The notes: generated from the sequence alone by a model not told the origin. A stretch of DNA of 64,000 nt from Armatimonadota bacterium (GCA_039679675.1 JBDKUN010000050.1:1-64000), one strand, 5' to 3'. Positions 8,437-18,798 are shown, counted from the stretch's first letter. Program-made: numbers and translations.

Positions 8437-10389
8437 ATGAAGAAGTTAGTGGTCGTGGCTTTATTTGCGCTGTGTTTGGGTGTTACTTATGGTGCAGGCA
8501 ACGCAACTGCTCTCACCGGTAGTACTCCCGAAAAATCATCGAATGATACTGTCAATGTTCAGGATGTTTTGTCCAAAAAGGTGACATATACCAGCGGAGC
8601 AAAGCGGCTGCATGTTGTGATAGAGGATCTGAGCCGTATCAGCGAGCTGAATATCTTCTGCGGGCGGAACAAAAATGACTGGCATGTGCGCGATATACCG
8701 GTTGTGGTGTGTGTAAAAGATATGCCGCTGGGGAAGGTGCTCCGAGCTATCGCTGATGCCACGCACACTGATTTCGTATCCGAGAAAGTTAAAGACAGCG
8801 GGATAACAAGATATGGGATCCGCCGCAGCGCAAAATCCGATTTGAACATATACCAATTTCTCAAGAACAAACACGATATGATGGTAGATGATGTGGAATG
8901 GCAGTGGGACGCATTGACAAAATACGGTAAGTCCGAGGAAGCAAAAGGTATTCCCGGATTAACTAAAAATACATGGCTTATCGCTAAAATGATTGCTACT
9001 CTAGGCCCAGATGCCAAGAAGGACTTGCTTAATGGGGCTACTATATCATTCAGCGGTAAAAATCCGGCATACCAGGATACTATAGGCGAACTGTATGACC
9101 TCTACCGGAATGCAGTCCATACGGCTGAAATGGATGCCGCTCCCCCGGCCACTCAGGAAGACGAGCAATCGGCAGTTCTCAAAATAAAGCTGATCGATAA
9201 TGAAGACACTGGCGAGTCATATATAGAAACGAACCTCAGTCCGTTGATCTATGGACCTGTTACTGAGGAAGCCACCTCCCATCTGTCAGAGACAAGCTAT
9301 CTGGAAAATGTAATTCCAGGCCTTCCCTCATATCCTCAAGTCAAATATCCGGCTATCAGAGATGATATGAAGAACCTCAATATGGTGCCGATATTCTGTT
9401 ATGGCGAAGACGAGGTATGGGATTACCCGTTTATGCAGGATAAGATCGATATTGTTAAGCCGGAACATGTCAAGAAGCCCACATTTGCAGATATCATCGA
9501 GGCGGCGGCTCTTGCAGGCGGCTGCAATATCGTAACGGAAGACTTTACCAGTCATAAATCACCCAATTATCAGAACACAGGTATGCTGCTGCAGCTATTC
9601 AAGGAAAAAAGCAGCCTGGCCGATACGCTCAGCGCTTTGAAGAAAGACGCAGAGTTGGGTAATATGGCCTATACTTGGTTTGCCGATGAGAAAAGCAGAC
9701 TCATTGTCGGTTGGGCTTGTGATGCGGTAGGGGTCTGGAATTGGCGCATTCATCATGTAAACCTGCTGCCGGAGGATTATCTAAACGGCCTGAAAAACAA
9801 ACTGGATGGTTCCGGGCTGGGGCTTGACGATGCTATTCACTGCGCTAGCCTGCCAAAAGGTGCTTTTTATGAATGGATATTTTGTTCACGCGACCTGTCT
9901 GCATTGACTTTCATTCGTGCAATTGATGATCCCATGTGGATGTTATACGATGCTCTTCAGCCGGAAGACAAACAACAGGCTATGTCCAGTGACGGCTTGC
10001 CGTTAGCTAAGTTCGATACATCCTGGATTGCCGGGTTCTTCCGCACTTATCGATTGAAGCAGAGAGTAAAAGGCGAGCTTCCCCCATCAATAAAAGCGAA
10101 AAATACCGATACCACCGAAAAACTGCCTGAAACATATAGTGGACCTGATGAAATGATGAGCGCTATGTCCGATCCTCAAGTCATCTCGACGATGGTGATG
10201 CGCATTAATCAATCAGTAGCCACTACCACCTATGAGCCGCACAAAGGATTCGTTAAGATTCCGGCATCTCTCGGATTATCGCGGTATGACATGGTAATCA
10301 GCTATACTAAAGACGGCAAAATCCAGAGCAAAACGATACCAGGTCCGGCATTGGCGTTTCCGATAACCAATCCCCAAAAATCGAAGTAA
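8437..10389 (+). CDS. Large secreted hypothetical protein (paralog of 47988-49841)
   Basis: Signal peptide, SD GGAGG; shares DW-x-VRD and GL-x-LD blocks with 47988-49841. Confidence 0.75.
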   Translation: MKKLVVVALFALCLGVTYGAGNATALTGSTPEKSSNDTVNVQDVLSKKVTYTSGAKRLHVVIEDLSRISELNIFCGRNKNDWHVRDIPVVVCVKDMPLGKVLRAIADATHTDFVSEKVKDSGITRYGIRRSAKSDLNIYQFLKNKHDMMVDDVEWQWDALTKYGKSEEAKGIPGLTKNTWLIAKMIATLGPDAKKDLLNGATISFSGKNPAYQDTIGELYDLYRNAVHTAEMDAAPPATQEDEQSAVLKIKLIDNEDTGESYIETNLSPLIYGPVTEEATSHLSETSYLENVIPGLPSYPQVKYPAIRDDMKNLNMVPIFCYGEDEVWDYPFMQDKIDIVKPEHVKKPTFADIIEAAALAGGCNIVTEDFTSHKSPNYQNTGMLLQLFKEKSSLADTLSALKKDAELGNMAYTWFADEKSRLIVGWACDAVGVWNWRIHHVNLLPEDYLNGLKNKLDGSGLGLDDAIHCASLPKGAFYEWIFCSRDLSALTFIRAIDDPMWMLYDALQPEDKQQAMSSDGLPLAKFDTSWIAGFFRTYRLKQRVKGELPPSIKAKNTDTTEKLPETYSGPDEMMSAMSDPQVISTMVMRINQSVATTTYEPHKGFVKIPASLGLSRYDMVISYTKDGKIQSKTIPGPALAFPITNPQKSK

Positions 10390-10518
10390 TTATGATCGCA
10401 GGGAACAGAAGGGATAGCGAAGGCTCGATCAATTGATTGCTTTCACTGTTCCCTGCATCTTACCGCCTCATTTGGCAGTGGCAGCTTCCGCTTTTCTATC
10501 GGCATCCACTATCCGTCA

Positions 10519-10740
10519 TTTTGAAACGCGAATTACGCGGATTTAACGGATTTCACGAATGGTGGAGACCTAAAGCATCTACTTTTAAGCTACAAGTCTC
10601 CACCAATTTGAGAAGCTTTCCTGGATGCTGAATCAAGTTCAGCATGACGTTTTCCCTTTGCTTCGGTTTGCTTGCCACCGAAGCCGACACCGGAGGTGTC
10701 GAAATTTAACAATGCTTCGCGCGTTTCGCGATTCAGAATG
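10519..10740. repeat. Composite cluster of nested palindromic repeats upstream of nuoH
   Basis: Contains a 24-nt sequence (10523-10546) identical to 55121-55144, a half-copy of repeat family A (10620-10648), a CGACACC-GGA-GGTGTCG hairpin, and a TTTCGCGATTCA end shared with 41740-41751. Confidence 0.65.
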
Positions 10741-10752
10741 CTTTGGAACTGC

Positions 10753-10782
10753 TTGACACGGCACCTGAGCGGCACATATAAT
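10753..10782 (+). promoter_or_regulatory. Consensus sigma70 promoter of the nuoH-N operon
   Basis: TTGACA-N18-TATAAT, 55 nt upstream of the nuoH ATG. Confidence 0.8.
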
Positions 10783-10837
10783 TAACCCGGCAATATTGCG
10801 GTTATTTTTGCCGTAAACCAGGCCGGAATCCACACTT

Positions 10838-11878
10838 ATGAATATTGAATTACTTCTTATACTGGGCAAGATGCTCCTTGTGGCCGTGGTCATACTCGGT
10901 TTCATCCTCTTTGCAGTCCTCTATATGATATGGGGACTCAGGCGTGTCATGGGCTATATCCAGGCGCGTATCGGGCCGAACAGAGTCGGGCCCCAGGGGC
11001 TGCTTCAGACAGTAGCCGATGCGCTCAAGCTGCTCCAAAAAGAGGACGTTATCCCGGATGGGGCCGACAGGTGGCTCTTCACCATCGCGCCGTTCATAGT
11101 CTTCGTCCCGGCTTACCTCGTCTATGTAGTAATGCCGTTCGGAAAAGGGCTGATCGCAAAGGACCTGAATATCGGGATAGTCTATGTGAGCGCGATTACG
11201 AGCATCTGCGTCATCGGAATAATCGTCGGCGGTTGGGCGTCGAACAACAAATGGTCGCTTCTTGGAGCGTTCCGCGCAGCGGCGCAGCTTGTTGCCTACG
11301 AAGTCCCAATGGTTCTCGCGATCATCATCCCGGTGATCTTCGCGGGAACGCTCAGTATGCAGGGGATAGTCCAGGCCCAGGGCGGCGGCTGGTTCACCAA
11401 CTGGTTCGTATTCCGCGGCTGGGGAATCCCCGCGGTTGCGTTTATAATGTATTTCACAGCCGGGCTTGCTGAAGTCAACCACACTCCTTTCGATATTATG
11501 GAAGCGGAATCCGAGCTCGTCGCTGGTTTTAACGTAGAGTATAGCGGAATGAAGTTCGCGCTCTTCTTCCTTGAAGAGTTCGCTGCATCGTTCACTGTCT
11601 CGGCCATAGCCGTAACGCTCTTTTTCGGTGGCTGGAACTCTCCAATCCCCTGCCTCGGCGGGAACTGGACCGGGCTTGCAGGCCAGGCGGCGTCGCTTTT
11701 CTGGTTCCTCTCAAAAAGCGTGGTCGGAGTCCTGGTTATGATGTGGATACGCTCCACATGGCCCAGAGTCCGCGTAGACCAGCTTATGAACCTGGGGTGG
11801 AAAGTGATGATCCCGGCAGGGCTCTTTCTGCTTCTTGCCGCAGGGACCGTAGTAACGATGGGTTGGGTCAAGCTATGA
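10838..11878 (+). CDS. nuoH: NADH-quinone oxidoreductase subunit H
   Basis: QARIGPNRVGPQGLLQTVADALKLLQKE, PFDIMEAESELVAGFNVEYSG, PRVRVDQLM. Confidence 0.97.
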   Translation: MNIELLLILGKMLLVAVVILGFILFAVLYMIWGLRRVMGYIQARIGPNRVGPQGLLQTVADALKLLQKEDVIPDGADRWLFTIAPFIVFVPAYLVYVVMPFGKGLIAKDLNIGIVYVSAITSICVIGIIVGGWASNNKWSLLGAFRAAAQLVAYEVPMVLAIIIPVIFAGTLSMQGIVQAQGGGWFTNWFVFRGWGIPAVAFIMYFTAGLAEVNHTPFDIMEAESELVAGFNVEYSGMKFALFFLEEFAASFTVSAIAVTLFFGGWNSPIPCLGGNWTGLAGQAASLFWFLSKSVVGVLVMMWIRSTWPRVRVDQLMNLGWKVMIPAGLFLLLAAGTVVTMGWVKL

Positions 11879-12372
11879 AGAAGCGTTGCTTATGCAGCGA
11901 GATAATATATACTTTTACCAGCCTTGCAAAGGGGCTGTACATCACTTTCATCAACTTCTGGCGAAAGAAAATAACAATGATGTACCCCGAGGAGCGCTGG
12001 GAACTGCCCGAAGGCTATCGCGGCATGCCGGTGCTTCCCGCTGATCCCAAAACCGGCAGGGAAAAGTGCCTTGCATGCGGTTCATGCGCGAGAATTTGCC
12101 CGGAGCACGTAATTACGATAAAGCATGAGGTCGGTGAGGACAAAAAACGGCGGGTAGTCGAGTTCAATATCGACATGTCACGCTGCATGTTCTGCGGCCT
12201 CTGCACCGAAGCCTGCCCCACGAAGGGACTCGTGATGAGTAAGAACTTCGAACTCGCGAGTTTCAGCAGAGAAGGTATGATTTACGGCATCGACGACCTC
12301 CGCAGGCTCGGTGGAGTCTTCCCGGAGGAACCTGCCAAGGAAGAAGCATCGGCGGAAGGAGGAAAAGCATGA
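11875..12372 (+). CDS. nuoI: NADH-quinone oxidoreductase subunit I (copy 1)
   Basis: Two CxxCxxCxxxCP 4Fe-4S motifs; ITMMYPEE; ATGA overlap with nuoH. Confidence 0.93.
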   Translation: MKKRCLCSEIIYTFTSLAKGLYITFINFWRKKITMMYPEERWELPEGYRGMPVLPADPKTGREKCLACGSCARICPEHVITIKHEVGEDKKRRVVEFNIDMSRCMFCGLCTEACPTKGLVMSKNFELASFSREGMIYGIDDLRRLGGVFPEEPAKEEASAEGGKA

Positions 12373-12893
12373 GCATAACAGGTTATCAGATAGCTTTTAT
12401 CATCGTTGCGGCTATGACAGTCGGCTCCGCCGTTATGGTCGTGATACTTCCGAACATCCTGAGATCGGCGCTTTTCCTGGCGTTTACGTTCCTTGGGGTA
12501 GCCGGACTCTATGTGCTCGCCAACGCGGAACTTCTTGCAGCAATGCAGGTGCTTATCTACGTCGGCGCGATAACCGTGCTCATAATGTTTGCATTGGTGC
12601 TCACACAGCAGTTGATGGGAGCTAAGATAAAGCAATCGAGCCGTGGATGGCTCCTCGCCGCCCCTGCCGCAGCGCTGATGTTTGCATTTTTAGTAAAAGG
12701 GTTTATACAGCCGTTCAACAAGGCCGCAAGCGGAGCGGTTGCAAGCGGCCCCGCGCCGGCTGATGCAGGCACACTTGTTTCGATAGCGCGGATGCTCCTT
12801 CAGCCTTATGTGCTGCCGTTCGAGCTCGCATCGCTCATCCTGCTTGCCGCGCTTGTCGGCGCTATAGTGATTGCAAAGGAGGATAAAGAGTAG
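12369..12893 (+). CDS. nuoJ: NADH-quinone oxidoreductase subunit J
   Basis: QVLIYVGAITVLIMF; YVLPFELASLILLAALVGAI. Confidence 0.95.
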   Translation: MSITGYQIAFIIVAAMTVGSAVMVVILPNILRSALFLAFTFLGVAGLYVLANAELLAAMQVLIYVGAITVLIMFALVLTQQLMGAKIKQSSRGWLLAAPAAALMFAFLVKGFIQPFNKAASGAVASGPAPADAGTLVSIARMLLQPYVLPFELASLILLAALVGAIVIAKEDKE

Positions 12894-13202
12894 ATGCCTC
12901 CCGTAACCTGGTATCTTTATGTCTCCGCGGCGCTTTTCGCCCTGGGGCTTTTCGGCATAATGACGCGGCGAAACGCTATTGCGATGCTGATGTCCATCGA
13001 GCTTATGCTGAATGCCGCCAATATCAACCTCGTGGCATTTTCTGGATATTTGAGAGGGCATACGCTCGTCGGCCAGATATTCGCACTCTTCGTGATTGCA
13101 ATAGCAGCCGCCGAATCCGCCGTGGGACTTGCAATAATCATAAACGTTTACAGAACCGTTAAGCATATAGATGCTGACGATATCAATTTGATGAAGTGGT
13201 AG
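12894..13202 (+). CDS. nuoK: NADH-quinone oxidoreductase subunit K
   Basis: SIELMLNAANINL; IAAAESAVGLAI. Confidence 0.96.
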   Translation: MPPVTWYLYVSAALFALGLFGIMTRRNAIAMLMSIELMLNAANINLVAFSGYLRGHTLVGQIFALFVIAIAAAESAVGLAIIINVYRTVKHIDADDINLMKW

Positions 13203-13206
13203 GCCG

Positions 13207-15312
13207 ATGATTCAGTTAGCCTGGTTAATACCTGTTATACCGCTCGCTGCATTCGCGGCGATCATATTTTTGGGGCCAAAGCTCAAGGGCAATGCCGCGT
13301 ACGTCGCCATAGCCGCGATAGTGTCGTCGTTTTTGGTCTCGGCAGGCATCGGCTGTGACTGGTTCTTTGTCCACCACGCACAAACCGCCGCCAATTTCTA
13401 TGCAGACTGGATCCCCACAGGGACGAGCGTGCTCAGGGTAGGATTCGGGGTCGATTCGCTCACGATTATGATGCTTTTCGTCGTCACAATCGTAAGCATG
13501 ATGGTGCAGATATTCTCTATAGGTTATATGCATGGCGACCCGCGTTACCCCCGGTTCTTCGCGTATCTTTCGCTTTTTACGGCCGCGATGCTCTCACTTG
13601 TAATCGCGAACACGATTCTGCTTATGTACATAAGCTGGGAGCTTGTCGGACTGACTTCGTATCTTCTGATCGGCTTCTGGTTCGAAAAGCCTGAAGCAAT
13701 GCGAGCTGCGAAGAAGGCGTTTTTGGTCACAAGAGTCGGTGACATAGGCTTCTTCCTCGGCCTCCTGCTCCTTTACCTGAACACAGGCACTGTGGAGCTT
13801 GCAGGGATATTCAAACAGGCCGAGCTTTTGAAGGTTCCGCAGGTCCATATCCCGGCGCTTGGGATCGTCGCTTCGATTATTCTTGGAATTATGGCCTACG
13901 GATTTGCAGGAGCGGTGATGAAAGGCGCAAAAAGGCTTCCCGGAGCGATTTTTGCAGGCCTTGTGATCTTCGGCGCGGCGTTTATCCTCATTCCACACGG
14001 GGCGGTGCAGATGTCGCTCGCAGCAGTGGCTTCGCTGCTCCTTTTCTGGGGAGCGGTCGGCAAATCGGCGCAGTTCCCGCTGCATGTGTGGCTTCCTGAT
14101 GCTATGCAGGGTCCCACCCCCGTGAGCGCCCTCATCCACGCAGCTACGATGGTCGCAGCCGGTGTTTACCTCGTTGCAAGGATGTATCCGATCTTTAGTG
14201 TCGATATGACCGCGCTGAATGTGGTCGCAGTTGTCGGAGCGTTCACGGCCGTATTCGCCGCGACGATGGGCATAGTGATGAACGACATCAAGCAGGTGCT
14301 CGCATACTCGACTATAAGCCAGCTCGGTTACATGATGATGGGGCTCGGGGTCGGCGGATACACCGCAGGGCTTTTCCACCTTATGACGCATGCTTATTTC
14401 AAGGCTAATTTGTTCCTCGGATCAGGAAGCGTCATCCACGGGACAGGCACGCAGGATATGCGCCAGATGGGCGGTCTCAGAAAGAAGATGCCTTATACCT
14501 TCTGGACGTTCGTCATAGCAACTGCCGCTCTTGCGGGGCTTCCGGGGTTCGCGGGTTTCTTCAGCAAGGATGAAATCCTCCTTGCGGCCTATCACTGGCA
14601 TGGCGGCAAGATGGTTTTCTACGCCGGAGTTATTGGTGCGTTCCTCACGGCGTTTTATATGACCAGGCTCCTTGCGATGACCTTCTTCGGCGAAGCAAAG
14701 GACAAAGAAATCCACGCTCACGAGAGTTCGAAGGTGATGGTTATCCCGCTTATGGTGCTGGCGACGCTTTCTGTCCTCGCTGGCTATATAGGATTGCCGG
14801 GGCATAGTATCTTCGCTCACTATATCAGTTTCGGCGCTGGTGAGCACGAGATCTCATGGACTGTTATGGCTATGGGAAGCGGCGCGGCGTTATTCGGCAT
14901 AGGTCTAGCATCGCTCATTTGGATCTGGCCGGTGTTACGGTTCGCACCGCTTAAGCCCGCATTCGGATGGGTCCAGACGCTTCTCGCTAACAAGTATTAT
15001 ATGGATGATATTTACGATATCGTAATCATCCGCCCGCTGATGGTCTCGACCAAAGCAATGTTCGCGTTCGACAGGTGGGTCATAGACTACGTGATCGTAA
15101 ACGGCACCGGCTGGATCACATTGCAGCTTTCAACTCTCTGGGCCATATTCGACCGCTATGTAGTAGACGGCATCGTGAACCTGGTCGGAGAGCTTGCGAA
15201 ACGCGGAGGATACGCGCTTCGATATATTCAGACAGGGATAGTGCAGCAGTACGCGCTTATTCTTGTAGTTTGTGTTGTTCTTATTGGTTGGTATTTCGTT
15301 CTATTGAGGTAG
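13207..15312 (+). CDS. nuoL: NADH-quinone oxidoreductase subunit L (with insertions)
   Basis: GKSAQFPLHVWLPDAMQGPTPVSALIHAATMVAAG; HLMTHAYFKA; 701 aa. Confidence 0.97.
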   Translation: MIQLAWLIPVIPLAAFAAIIFLGPKLKGNAAYVAIAAIVSSFLVSAGIGCDWFFVHHAQTAANFYADWIPTGTSVLRVGFGVDSLTIMMLFVVTIVSMMVQIFSIGYMHGDPRYPRFFAYLSLFTAAMLSLVIANTILLMYISWELVGLTSYLLIGFWFEKPEAMRAAKKAFLVTRVGDIGFFLGLLLLYLNTGTVELAGIFKQAELLKVPQVHIPALGIVASIILGIMAYGFAGAVMKGAKRLPGAIFAGLVIFGAAFILIPHGAVQMSLAAVASLLLFWGAVGKSAQFPLHVWLPDAMQGPTPVSALIHAATMVAAGVYLVARMYPIFSVDMTALNVVAVVGAFTAVFAATMGIVMNDIKQVLAYSTISQLGYMMMGLGVGGYTAGLFHLMTHAYFKANLFLGSGSVIHGTGTQDMRQMGGLRKKMPYTFWTFVIATAALAGLPGFAGFFSKDEILLAAYHWHGGKMVFYAGVIGAFLTAFYMTRLLAMTFFGEAKDKEIHAHESSKVMVIPLMVLATLSVLAGYIGLPGHSIFAHYISFGAGEHEISWTVMAMGSGAALFGIGLASLIWIWPVLRFAPLKPAFGWVQTLLANKYYMDDIYDIVIIRPLMVSTKAMFAFDRWVIDYVIVNGTGWITLQLSTLWAIFDRYVVDGIVNLVGELAKRGGYALRYIQTGIVQQYALILVVCVVLIGWYFVLLR

Positions 15313-15319
15313 GAACCTG

Positions 15320-16834
15320 ATGAATTCCTGGATTCTCACGTTAATAACGTTCATCCCGCTTTTGGGCGCGGCTATACTGATATTCATACCAAAGGAGCGT
15401 ACGCTTGTTATCAAGTGGACGGCTGTTATCATCAGCCTTATCCCGCTGGCGCTCTCTATCTGGCTATGGATGCATTACAACCCGAACGGGGTACAGTTCC
15501 CCAAGGGCGCTCAGTTCCTGGTGGACATTCCCTGGGTCAATCAGCTGGGCGTCCACTACACGCTCGGTGTCGATGGGGTCAGCGTCCCAATGGTCTTTCT
15601 GACCACTCTTCTTGTGACGCTCTCACTCATCTACTCGCTCTTCATCGAGACGCGGCCAAAGGAATACTTCAGCCTGTTCCTCCTGCTTGAGACCGGGCTG
15701 CTTGGGACGTTCATCGCTCTCGACTTTTTCCTGTTCTACGTCTTCTGGGAGCTGACACTGGTGCCGATGTACTTCCTGATCGGGATATGGGGCGGCCCAA
15801 GACGCGAATATGCGTCCATCAAGTTCTTCCTTTACACACTCGTCGGAAGCGTTGCCATGCTCCTTGCGATACTGGCAATGTATTTCAACACGCAGCCGCA
15901 TTCGTTCAGCATGCTGGCTATGGCCGATGCAGGGATGGACATCAGGCTGGGCGCCAGTGCGCCTCTTGTCTTCGCCGCGCTTTTCCTCGGTTTCGCAGTC
16001 AAGGTTCCGTTGTGGCCGTTCCACACATGGCTTCCTGATGCTCACGTCGAGGCACCGACTGCGGGAAGCGTCATCCTGGCGGGCATAATGCTCAAGATGG
16101 GGACTTATGGGTTCCTGCGGGTGCTTCTGCCGATACTGCCGCAGACATCCAGACATTTCTGGGTCCCGATAGCGGTACTCGCGCTTATCTCGATTATTTA
16201 CGGCGCGCTTGTCGCTATGGCGCAGAAAGACCTGAAGAAACTTATCGCCTACTCAAGTGTAAGCCATATGGGTTACGTCATTCTTGGTATTGCCGCTGCC
16301 GTGGGTGTTTCTCATGCTGTTACTATTGACGACCGCGCTATGGCATTAAACGGCGCTATGCTCCAGATGTTCAACCACGGAATCATCACAGGCGCGCTCT
16401 TCCTTCTGGTAGGCGTGATCTACGAGCGGGCTCATACGAGAGACCTCGATTCCTTCGGCGGACTCGGTGTGAGAATACCGGTATTTGCCGGACTCTTCTC
16501 GCTTGCATGCTTCGGTTCGCTCGGCCTGCCTGGACTTTCCGGGTTCTGGGGTGAGTTATTCGTGCTGAGAGGCGTTTTTGCCGTAAATATTCTTCTCACT
16601 GCACTTGCAGGGATCGGTATGGTCGTGACCGCGGCTTACCTCCTCTGGACGATCCAGAGAGTCCTGATGGGTTCGCTCAACCCGAAATATGCAAAGATGC
16701 CCGATGCGAATGCTCGTGAGATCGTAGCGCTCGCTCCGCTTATGGCGATCATGGTGGTCTTCGGCTTCTGGCCCAAACCGATTGTAGACATACTGAACAC
16801 TGCTTCTGTTGCGATAGCTCGTATTTTTGGATAA
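15320..16834 (+). CDS. nuoM: NADH-quinone oxidoreductase subunit M
   Basis: KVPLWPFHTWLPDAHVEAPTAGSVILAGIMLKMG. Confidence 0.97.
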   Translation: MNSWILTLITFIPLLGAAILIFIPKERTLVIKWTAVIISLIPLALSIWLWMHYNPNGVQFPKGAQFLVDIPWVNQLGVHYTLGVDGVSVPMVFLTTLLVTLSLIYSLFIETRPKEYFSLFLLLETGLLGTFIALDFFLFYVFWELTLVPMYFLIGIWGGPRREYASIKFFLYTLVGSVAMLLAILAMYFNTQPHSFSMLAMADAGMDIRLGASAPLVFAALFLGFAVKVPLWPFHTWLPDAHVEAPTAGSVILAGIMLKMGTYGFLRVLLPILPQTSRHFWVPIAVLALISIIYGALVAMAQKDLKKLIAYSSVSHMGYVILGIAAAVGVSHAVTIDDRAMALNGAMLQMFNHGIITGALFLLVGVIYERAHTRDLDSFGGLGVRIPVFAGLFSLACFGSLGLPGLSGFWGELFVLRGVFAVNILLTALAGIGMVVTAAYLLWTIQRVLMGSLNPKYAKMPDANAREIVALAPLMAIMVVFGFWPKPIVDILNTASVAIARIFG

Positions 16835-16846
16835 GGCATTCAACTG

Positions 16847-18421
16847 ATGACCAAGTTTGAGTTTATATGCGTTGCACCGATGATTATGCTCGCAGCACTG
16901 GGGATTCTAGTGCTTCTCATCGGAACGATTACGGACAGGTTCCCGAAAGGACGGTTGAACCACTGGTTCCCGCCCGAATACTTCTCGGCGACTATGATTG
17001 TCCCTGTCTTGACCATGCAGGGAGCTCTTTTTTGGGCTATTCTGCACCATGGCGCGGAAGAAATATTCTGTCTGAACGGCGCGGCTAATCCGCTCATCAC
17101 AGTCGACCTTTTCTCCATAGCTATGGGGTTCATCGCGGTTGCAGGTACATTTGTCGTGATGCTGATGTCCTGGGAATACTTCGGCGACCACAATACGAAG
17201 AACAGAGGCGAGTATTTCGCGCTTCTTTTCTTCGCAACGGCCGCGATTCTCTTCGTGACGGCATCGACAGACCTCATAATGATCTACCTGGCGATGGAGT
17301 TCTTGAGTATTTCGTCTTATGTGCTCGCATCTTACTGGAAAAATGACGCTAAATCGAGCGAAGCCGGGCTCAAGTATCTCATATTCGGCGCAACGTCTTC
17401 CGCAATAATGCTCTACGGTATGTCGATGCTCTACGGGCTTACCAATTCGACCAACCTGGGCACGATTGCCTCGGCTTTGAGCAGGGGCGAAGTGATGTCG
17501 CTTCCCGGAGCGCTCACAGCAGTCATAATGGTGCTGGTAGGACTGGGTTTCAAGATTGCACTTGTCCCGTTCCACCTGTGGGCGCCGGATGTATACGAAG
17601 GGGCCCCCACCCCGATCACTGCGTGGCTCTCAGTCGCATCGAAAGCAGCCGGACTCGCGGTAATAACCCGGTTCCTCCTGGTCGCTATCCCCATGAGCTC
17701 AGGAGTAGATTGGTACACCGTCGTTCTCATACTCGCAGGTGTCAGTATGACGCTCGGAAACCTGGCTGCAATCCCGCAGAAGAACATCAAGCGTATGCTT
17801 GCATATTCCAGTATAGCGCAGGTCGGCTATATGCTGATCGGTCTCCTTGCTGCAGCGGCTACCATATCGCCCAACTCGCCGGATTCCGCCGTAAAAATGG
17901 GCTATATGGCCGTTTCCAACCAGAACATCGGCACTTCGAACTACGGTCTGGCCGGGCTTATGATCTATGCTGCGAGCTACTTGGTTATGAACCTTGGAGT
18001 GTTCGCGGTAGTTATCGGGATTGAGAAGAGGACCGGAAGCTCCGACATAGAGTCTTTTGCCGGAATGGTGAAACGGGCTCCGTTTTTTGCATGGTCGCTT
18101 GTTTTGTTCATGCTTTCTCTTGCCGGAATCCCGCCGACCGCCGGGTTCATCGGTAAGCTTTACGTCTTCGCGGGGGCAATCCAGTCCGCACGGACAGACC
18201 TTCTGGTCCTTGCCATCATAGCGATAGCAAACAGTGTCATTTCCATCTACTATTACTTCAATGTCGTCCGGGTGGTGTTTATGAAGGACGCAGAGACGAA
18301 AGCCCCGCTCAGGCCGTCTGTATCCCTTACGGTTGTGGTATCGCTTATGCTCATCTTCACATTCGGGATATTCGTCGCCGCCGGACCGCTCATTAACCTG
18401 GTAAGAGCAGCTATTCTTTAG
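16847..18421 (+). CDS. nuoN: NADH-quinone oxidoreductase subunit N
   Basis: SSEAGLKY; FKIALVPFHLWAPDVYEGAPTP; KRMLAYSSIAQ. Confidence 0.97.
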   Translation: MTKFEFICVAPMIMLAALGILVLLIGTITDRFPKGRLNHWFPPEYFSATMIVPVLTMQGALFWAILHHGAEEIFCLNGAANPLITVDLFSIAMGFIAVAGTFVVMLMSWEYFGDHNTKNRGEYFALLFFATAAILFVTASTDLIMIYLAMEFLSISSYVLASYWKNDAKSSEAGLKYLIFGATSSAIMLYGMSMLYGLTNSTNLGTIASALSRGEVMSLPGALTAVIMVLVGLGFKIALVPFHLWAPDVYEGAPTPITAWLSVASKAAGLAVITRFLLVAIPMSSGVDWYTVVLILAGVSMTLGNLAAIPQKNIKRMLAYSSIAQVGYMLIGLLAAAATISPNSPDSAVKMGYMAVSNQNIGTSNYGLAGLMIYAASYLVMNLGVFAVVIGIEKRTGSSDIESFAGMVKRAPFFAWSLVLFMLSLAGIPPTAGFIGKLYVFAGAIQSARTDLLVLAIIAIANSVISIYYYFNVVRVVFMKDAETKAPLRPSVSLTVVVSLMLIFTFGIFVAAGPLINLVRAAIL

Positions 18422-18433
18422 AATCTGAAAATC

Positions 18434-18470
18434 AAAAGCTCCGGGTGCTATGCACTTCGGAGCTTTTTTT
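18434..18470 (+). terminator. Intrinsic terminator of the nuoH-N operon
   Basis: AAAAGCTCCGGGTGC-tat-GCACTTCGGAGCTTTT followed by a T-run. Confidence 0.85.
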
Positions 18471-18474
18471 GGAT

Positions 18475-18652
18475 AGTTCACTCTTGATAAGAATTATATA
18501 TCATTCTGAGCAACCAGCACGTCACTCTGAACAAACCGACGTCACCCTGAACTTGATTCAGGGTCCAGTTTTTCCTGGATTCCGAGTCAAGCTCGGAATG
18601 ACGTTACAGATGTCCTGAATGCTGTTGCGCTCAGCAACTCTGAACTCTTACC
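18475..18652 (+). repeat. Palindromic repeat family A (MITE/REP-like), full copy
   Basis: Core GTCACCCTGAACTTGATTCAGGGTCC...CTGGATTCCGAGTCAAGCTCGGAATGAC (18541-18602); flanks closely similar to 52981-53162. Confidence 0.85.
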
Positions 18653-18798
18653 TTTTTTGCAACTACCTCCACTTGGCTGGGCTCGTAACTATCAATGCAA
18701 GTTGACTCACCTACGGGATCATACTCTACGTTTTGCAATGGCAATATCGGGGAATGTAAGGAGGAAGCTTTTAGTTCAGACGGCACGGGAGGCAATGA

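Noticed and set aside
10398..10456. attC-like site (long-loop inverted repeat after a gene; also 2638-2703)
   Set aside because: No RYYYAAC/GTTRRRY core sites and no integron integrase; more likely terminator-like hairpins.
18490..18610. CRISPR-like array from the 20-21-nt periodic repeats (also at 28250-28330 and 53010-53135)
   Set aside because: Units are degenerate and contiguous without unique spacers, and no cas genes are present; they belong to repeat family A.
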